Source: an uncultured Bdellovibrio sp. (GTDB lineage Bacteria; Bdellovibrionota; Bdellovibrionia; Bdellovibrionales; Bdellovibrionaceae). Taken from it: a DNA stretch of 64,000 nucleotides. The stretch lies in contig CAWVRN010000014.1 in assembly GCA_963932905.1 (NCBI GenBank), positions 32,001 to 96,000 on the forward strand. Direction: 5' to 3'. Shown one piece after another: positions 59,067-64,000 of the stretch. Both the position numbers and the translations under genes were made by a program. Position 1 is the first letter of the stretch; each line of letters begins with the position of its first letter. The notes under the pieces are model-generated. The model worked only from the letters and a program-made list of their open reading frames with translations, was not told the origin of the DNA and ran no database searches.

Positions 59067-59792
59067 CTAGAAATAAGCGCCTAAAGCTAACTCTCCAAAG
59101 AACAGGTTCTTTACATCTTCACCCACATTACGTGAGCCAAACTTGTTTGTTAGGTATTGGTTTTCTGGTAAGGAATTGCTTTCTAATCCAAGTTTAGCTT
59201 GGAATGAGACGCCTTTAAGTAAATTTCCATCGATCCAAGGAATAGCGTAACCGATACTGGCGCGAACGATATTGGTGTCGACTGATTTATAATCGCTGCT
59301 GGATTCAGCGAGCTTTTTATCGATACCAAAAAAGGTGTTACCAACAAAGCCGTTATCACGCTCGTAGCGGTCTTGAGAGAGCTCGTATTTACCCCATGAG
59401 CGACCTAATTCGCCATTTATGAACCAACCCTTAGTTTCAATCCCTTCTGTTTTTAGAAAATATTTGGCGCTAAGAAGAATGGCTTTGCCGGAAAATCCGG
59501 ATGTTGTTTTGTAGTATTGGCCATTATCTAAATCGCCACCTTCTGAATGGCTAAGCTTGTCTTGGTTGTGGGCAATAACGCCAATAAGAAGGTTTGGCTT
59601 TAAAACATAATTCACGCCGATGCGGTTTCCCACGTTAGTGGCTCCTCCAATAAGTTCGATACGGGATCGGCTCAGTAGATTTGGTTTTGTATTAGATTCA
59701 GCCGTATCGTCCTTGGCATCGTCCATTTGAAGGGCGTGCGAGTTGAATGATAGAGTTAAAACAAAGCCGAAAAGTAAGAATAATGTTTTCAT
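59067..59792 (-). CDS. Outer-membrane beta-barrel hypothetical protein
   Basis: Signal peptide, beta pattern, C-terminal LGAYF. Confidence 0.75.
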   Translation of the reverse strand: MKTLFLLFGFVLTLSFNSHALQMDDAKDDTAESNTKPNLLSRSRIELIGGATNVGNRIGVNYVLKPNLLIGVIAHNQDKLSHSEGGDLDNGQYYKTTSGFSGKAILLSAKYFLKTEGIETKGWFINGELGRSWGKYELSQDRYERDNGFVGNTFFGIDKKLAESSSDYKSVDTNIVRASIGYAIPWIDGNLLKGVSFQAKLGLESNSLPENQYLTNKFGSRNVGEDVKNLFFGELALGAYF

Positions 59793-59871
59793 GTGCGGCC
59801 AATATACCCAATTGGCCCCTGGAAATCTAGATGTGTGAGTTTTTTACGTGCTTGATTGGCTTAGCTGCAAA

Positions 59872-60858
59872 TTAGAAGTTAACAAATTGGTTTTCGGGTT
59901 TTAGTTTGTTTTTAACTAGGCCTAAACCTTTAACTTGTTGGATTAGCTCGCTCCAACGACTTTCTGTCATTTTACCTAAACCATCTGTGTTTTGGATCAA
60001 TGGTATTTGGGCTTCGGCACTTTTCTTAAAAGTCTCTGGCTTCATTCCTGGATTTAGCTTTGCCATGTAGGCATTGGCTTTCTCTGGATTTTTTAAATAA
60101 GATGCCCAGCCGTTGGTCACCGCTTGATGCAGCTTTTTAACAGTTTCTGGGTGAGCTTTGTTAAAGTCTTTTCTAACTGAAAGTACAGTGGTGTAAGGGT
60201 TGAATCCTTCGTCGGCCACTAGAAATGTCGAAATAGGAATTTTCAAATCATTCGCAGCAATCGGTTCACTGGTGATAAATCCTTGCTGTGACAATTGATT
60301 GTCTTTTTGAAATTGAGATAGACCGCCTAAATACGGGACCATTTTTACTTTTGCATGCGGGTATTTTTTTAAAAGATACAATGAATACGATAAACCTTTT
60401 TGCCATGCTAGATAGCCTTCGTTTGTCAGAACGTCGCCAATGCTTTTGAATTTACGCGATTCGTGTGACATAATCATTTGTGGGTTTTTCTGGAAGGCCG
60501 CGAAGATTCCGACCACGTTGTTTTTTAAATTCTTATCATTAGAGATCAAAATTTCTTCCGCCGAAACGATGGCGAAATCAACGACACCTTTAGTGAGCAT
60601 TTGCACGGTAGGTGTGCCTGATCCACCCGGCAGAATTTCAACATTTAACCCTTGTTTTTTAAATTCATCGTCGATCAAGGCTTGGTAGAAGCCGCCGAAC
60701 TGTGGCTCTGGAAGCCAATTCAAGGCTAGCTTGTATGTCGTTCCAGTCGACGCATTCTGAGCGTCAGGTGCTTGCGCGTTGGCAAATGTTGCGACAAGTG
60801 AAACAGCGGCACATAAAAATAGATAAGAAAATAGCCCGACACGTTTTGTAGAATTCAT
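59872..60858 (-). CDS. ABC substrate-binding protein, NMT1/THI5 (SsuA/ThiY-like) family
   Basis: LNWLPEPQFGGFYQA, GLNVEI.PGG, NPY. Confidence 0.88.
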   Translation of the reverse strand: MNSTKRVGLFSYLFLCAAVSLVATFANAQAPDAQNASTGTTYKLALNWLPEPQFGGFYQALIDDEFKKQGLNVEILPGGSGTPTVQMLTKGVVDFAIVSAEEILISNDKNLKNNVVGIFAAFQKNPQMIMSHESRKFKSIGDVLTNEGYLAWQKGLSYSLYLLKKYPHAKVKMVPYLGGLSQFQKDNQLSQQGFITSEPIAANDLKIPISTFLVADEGFNPYTTVLSVRKDFNKAHPETVKKLHQAVTNGWASYLKNPEKANAYMAKLNPGMKPETFKKSAEAQIPLIQNTDGLGKMTESRWSELIQQVKGLGLVKNKLKPENQFVNF

Positions 60859-60874
60859 CCTGACCTCCGAAAGT

Positions 60875-61618
60875 TTAAAGCTTAAAAGGTCTCCATCGGG
60901 TGATCAATAAGTTTATGATGTTAAGTAACATAATCTGCGAAAGTCCAATCAACGCCAAGCCAATCAACGCAGCAAAAACCAAATCAATGCGCTGTTGAGT
61001 GCGGGATGTATCGATTAACGAGCCCAAACCACCACCGGCAACAAATTCACCGGCAACGACGCCGATCACGGCTAAGCCTGATGAAATGCGAAGTCCTGCA
61101 TAAATATAATGATAAGAGCCCGGGATTTTTAAATACACTAACGTTTGCATGCGTGAGCGTTGATAGACTTTGAATAACTCAAGTAAGTTTTTATTAATTG
61201 TATCTAAACCAACGAGAGTGTTTGCCAATATTGGAAATATACTGACAAAGACCGCTGATGCGATGATGGTTTGTGAGCCGTAGCCAAGATAAATCACTAA
61301 CAAAGGCGCAATCGCTATAATTGGGACCGTTTGAAAAAAAATCGCAAGTGGAAAGATGGCGCGCTTGATCCAATCGTTCAACGAGAAAATGAGGGCCAAC
61401 GTAAACCCTAAAATAAAACTCAGAAATAAGCTTTGAAAACTAAGCCGAGTCGTATCCCAAAAAGCGGTGAAAAAGGCCTCATTGTTATCTTGGACTGTTT
61501 CAAGAATCACTGAGAGGGGCGGAATCAATTGTGGATCCCACATACCCATTTTATTAAGTACTTCAACCACGATTGTAATTGTAACGACTAAGACAAACGT
61601 CGGCAGAAACTGTTTCAC
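60875..61618 (-). CDS. ABC permease (SsuC/TauC-like)
   Basis: QTVPIIAIAPL, FPIL.NT..GL, GVVAGEF. Confidence 0.9.
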   Translation of the reverse strand: MKQFLPTFVLVVTITIVVEVLNKMGMWDPQLIPPLSVILETVQDNNEAFFTAFWDTTRLSFQSLFLSFILGFTLALIFSLNDWIKRAIFPLAIFFQTVPIIAIAPLLVIYLGYGSQTIIASAVFVSIFPILANTLVGLDTINKNLLELFKVYQRSRMQTLVYLKIPGSYHYIYAGLRISSGLAVIGVVAGEFVAGGGLGSLIDTSRTQQRIDLVFAALIGLALIGLSQIMLLNIINLLITRWRPFKL

Positions 61619-62337
61619 GCGCGACCTCGCAAGCCGTCTGATATATCGGTTACGAGTTTAAAATATTCGGATGACTGGCGATATTCGCGGGGATTTAGAT
61701 CTTTCTTGTTCAGATCGAGTTCTTTAAATTCATGCTGGTTACCTTGAGGAAACAGCCATAACTTCTGAGAAAGAAAAACACTTTCGTTCACCGAATGAGT
61801 TACAAAGAACACTGTCATTTTGTGTAGTTTCCAGTAGTCCAGCAATTCTTCCTGTAGCTCAAATCGAATAAAGTCATCCAGAGCTGCAAAGGGTTCGTCC
61901 ATGAAAAGAATAGATTTATTGTTAATCAATGCCCGCGCGATGGATACGCGCATTTTCATACCACCAGACAGTTGGTGTGGGAACAATTGAGCCGCGTCTT
62001 TTAATTTTACTGTTTTTAAAATGTTATGAATTTGATCTTGTTTTTCAGATGCATTCATAGTTTTTAATGAAATGCCGATTGCGACATTTTCGTAAACTGT
62101 CAGCCACGGCAGCAGGCAGGATTCCTGAAATACGAAGCCAGGATTCGCGTTGGCGGGCTGGGTAAGGCTACCTTCGCTAAGAGTATCTAGTTCGGCAAGA
62201 ATGCGAAGTAGAGTTGATTTTCCGCAGCCTGACGGGCCCAGGATAGAAATGAAATCACCAGTTTGCGTTTGAAGATTTAAGTTTTTAAACAACCAGCGTG
62301 AATCAAATTTTTTACCCGCGTTTTTTAGTTGTAGCAT
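61615..62337 (-). CDS. ABC ATP-binding protein (SsuB/TauB-like)
   Basis: GPSGCGKST, LSGGM, MDEPFAALD, VTH. Confidence 0.93.
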   Translation of the reverse strand: MLQLKNAGKKFDSRWLFKNLNLQTQTGDFISILGPSGCGKSTLLRILAELDTLSEGSLTQPANANPGFVFQESCLLPWLTVYENVAIGISLKTMNASEKQDQIHNILKTVKLKDAAQLFPHQLSGGMKMRVSIARALINNKSILFMDEPFAALDDFIRFELQEELLDYWKLHKMTVFFVTHSVNESVFLSQKLWLFPQGNQHEFKELDLNKKDLNPREYRQSSEYFKLVTDISDGLRGRA

Positions 62338-62952
62338 TTAAGCCCAGTCATAGTTGAAGCTGATACTGATCCGTAAATCATCAGAGTTATTTTGTACGAC
62401 TTCGTGGCGAAGCCAGCTTTCGAACAGAACAACTTCGCCTTCTTTGGGAACATAGTTGAAAAAGTTCAAATTTTTAATAGGTACATTTTTCTTTTTAGGT
62501 GGCGTAGCCATCATCTGCGTAAAACGAGGGTCTTCAAATTTTAATGCGGGTATATTTTTTTTGGGTAAACTGACATAGACCGTTCCGGATATAACGCTAA
62601 GCGGGTGAATATGTCCAGTGTGTATCGTTCCTCGTGGCATCACATTCGCCCACATTTTTGAAAGGCGCAATTCTGATGGCGAAATATCCCATCCTAATTC
62701 TTTGACGTAGGTCGCGATATTTTTGTCGATTTTTTTCTTAAGGTCGCCAAACGAGGATGAAAACAAATGTAGCTGATCCATCGAACCATAGGATGTATAG
62801 CCAAATAAATAGTTTTTCTCTGACCACTCTTGGCCGTCCTGGTCGATTTCCGAGATTTTTAAGATGTCTTTCTTAAGATCCTTAAGTAGGTGGCTTCTAG
62901 CCGGCGAAACTGGTGCGGTTAGGATTTGAGTTGGAAAAAGCGTCTGAATCAT
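62338..62952 (-). CDS. TIGR02466 family putative 2OG-Fe(II) oxygenase
   Basis: LFPT, YTSY, WANV, HTGHIHP.S.ISGT.YV, FEDPR, FESWLRHEV, RISISFN. Confidence 0.85.
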   Translation of the reverse strand: MIQTLFPTQILTAPVSPARSHLLKDLKKDILKISEIDQDGQEWSEKNYLFGYTSYGSMDQLHLFSSSFGDLKKKIDKNIATYVKELGWDISPSELRLSKMWANVMPRGTIHTGHIHPLSVISGTVYVSLPKKNIPALKFEDPRFTQMMATPPKKKNVPIKNLNFFNYVPKEGEVVLFESWLRHEVVQNNSDDLRISISFNYDWA

Positions 62953-63068
62953 CGATTACCTTCATTGTTTCAAATGGATACACCTACTATATGATTTGTT
63001 TACACCTGTTATCAATAATTAACACTCTCGGTTTAAATGATTTTTAAGTCCACCAGGATGTAATAGGG

Positions 63069-63084
63069 TGGGCCCGCCATTGCA
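63069..63084 (+). promoter_or_regulatory. sigma54-like -24/-12 promoter
   Basis: TGGGCCCGCCATTGCA (GG-N10-GC) about 38 nt before ATG 63122. Confidence 0.45.
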
Positions 63085-63121
63085 ACTATGTCTATCGAGA
63101 CTAATTCTAAGGAGATACAAC

Positions 63122-63469
63122 ATGAAAGCTTTAATCTTAACTCTAATCTTAAGTACGAGTGTTTTTGCAAAAGTGGCAGACTTTAACTCGCTGATTAGCG
63201 AAGACACTAAAGCTCAAAAAGAGTTGCACACGAAACTTAAATCGCAAGTGTACACTCAAAATGAATTGGATGCGCGTAAGAATTTAGTAAGAACTAAAAA
63301 GGTCGAGAAAGAATCAACAGTAGTGTTCTATGATGAAGCGCAAACGGAAATCGCGGCACCATCTAACGATAAATTCTTCCGCTATAAAAAAGAAACTAAA
63401 CAAAAAACAACTAACCCACGTAAAAACCAACACCGCGTAGCTAAAGAATTGCGCGAGTTAGGTTTATAA
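63122..63469 (+). CDS. Small secreted basic hypothetical protein
   Basis: AAGGAG SD, signal peptide MKALILTLILSTSVFA, own terminator. Confidence 0.8.
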   Translation: MKALILTLILSTSVFAKVADFNSLISEDTKAQKELHTKLKSQVYTQNELDARKNLVRTKKVEKESTVVFYDEAQTEIAAPSNDKFFRYKKETKQKTTNPRKNQHRVAKELRELGL

Positions 63470-63490
63470 GAATAACTAAAAAACTAAACC

Positions 63491-63529
63491 AAAAAGGCAC
63501 CCCTTAAAAGGTGCCTTTTTTTATTTTTT
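63491..63529 (+). terminator. Bidirectional intrinsic terminator
   Basis: AAAAAGGCACC/GGTGCCTTTTT with long U-tract, between convergent genes. Confidence 0.85.
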
Positions 63530-63621
63530 GATCTAGTGGGTTTTCTCTACGCCGGCAGGGATATCAGCGGAGGTATTGTGTGGGCTGCTTGTTTGTATAT
63601 AAAATGTAATTTAAACTTCTA

Positions 63622-64000
63622 TCACAGAATGAGTTTTCGAAGCTCGTCCTGTGTATAGACATAGTCAGCGTAAATCATAGTGTTCGTGATATTGCGATGA
63701 CCTAAAGCCACCTGAACCAGGCGAAGGTCTTTTGTCTTTCGATAAAGCTGTATTGCAAATGTGTGACGAAGTGAGTGAAATTTCTTAGGTACTGGTCGAT
63801 ACAAATCCCAAATCTGATAAAGTCGATCATAAGTAATATCGAAAACCTTCTGCGTCTCTACGGATTCAGCATAACGTTGAAGTTTAAAAAATAATCCATT
63901 TTGAATGGGGATTTCTCGATCATTACTACCTTTCAGGCCGCGAATGAAAACCGACATGTCGTACGCATTTAAATCTGATTTTTGGATATTGAGTATTTCT
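63622..64000 (-). CDS. Tyrosine recombinase/integrase catalytic domain (5' end outside window)
   Basis: KGS, HSLRHTFA, LGH.....T.IY; frame is open to the window edge. Confidence 0.9.
   Translation of the reverse strand, partial: EILNIQKSDLNAYDMSVFIRGLKGSNDREIPIQNGLFFKLQRYAESVETQKVFDITYDRLYQIWDLYRPVPKKFHSLRHTFAIQLYRKTKDLRLVQVALGHRNITNTMIYADYVYTQDELRKLIL

Noticed and set aside
62953..63121. TPP riboswitch ahead of the THI5-like ABC operon; 62-aa minus ORF
   Set aside because: No CTGAGA/ACCTG core arrangement seen; the ORF overlaps the divergent gene and its promoter
1..64000. CRISPR arrays, tRNA/rRNA genes, defence or prophage genes; the many short ORFs nested in long genes
   Set aside because: No regularly spaced repeats, cloverleafs or hallmark proteins seen by eye; nested ORFs are alternate-frame or antisense shadows

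Overview
AT-rich bacterial chromosome segment, most consistent with a predatory Bdellovibrionota (Bdellovibrio-like) organism. This is inferred from gene order, acidic-tailed ScpA/ScpB, a GYF-PilZ protein and many secreted hydrolases and orphan lipoproteins. Core blocks are mutL-miaA, yicC-gmk-rpoZ-relA/spoT, gspC-D-E, nrnA/greA, S2P-trpS-scpA-scpB, nrdAB with NrdR boxes, kup, and yceD-rpmF-fabH-fabD-fabG-acpP-fabF-rpiB-glyA (no plsX). A TIGR02466-like oxygenase plus ABC transporter operon and a partial tyrosine recombinase close the window. An accessory patch at about 6.5-12.5 kb holds an OmpA/lipoprotein pair, two genes each broken at a poly-A run, and a 258-bp inverted-repeat element. Top leads: a start-less coding frame directly behind the miaA stop codon; the REPIN/MITE-like element; a recurrent 17-bp intergenic palindrome; a divergent radical SAM (YhcC/MnmL-like) plus MnmD-like methyltransferase pair; an SDR plus PTPS-II-type pterin module; and several apparently leaderless promoters. 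No rRNA, tRNA or CRISPR array was seen. All calls come from reading motifs by eye; no searches were run.
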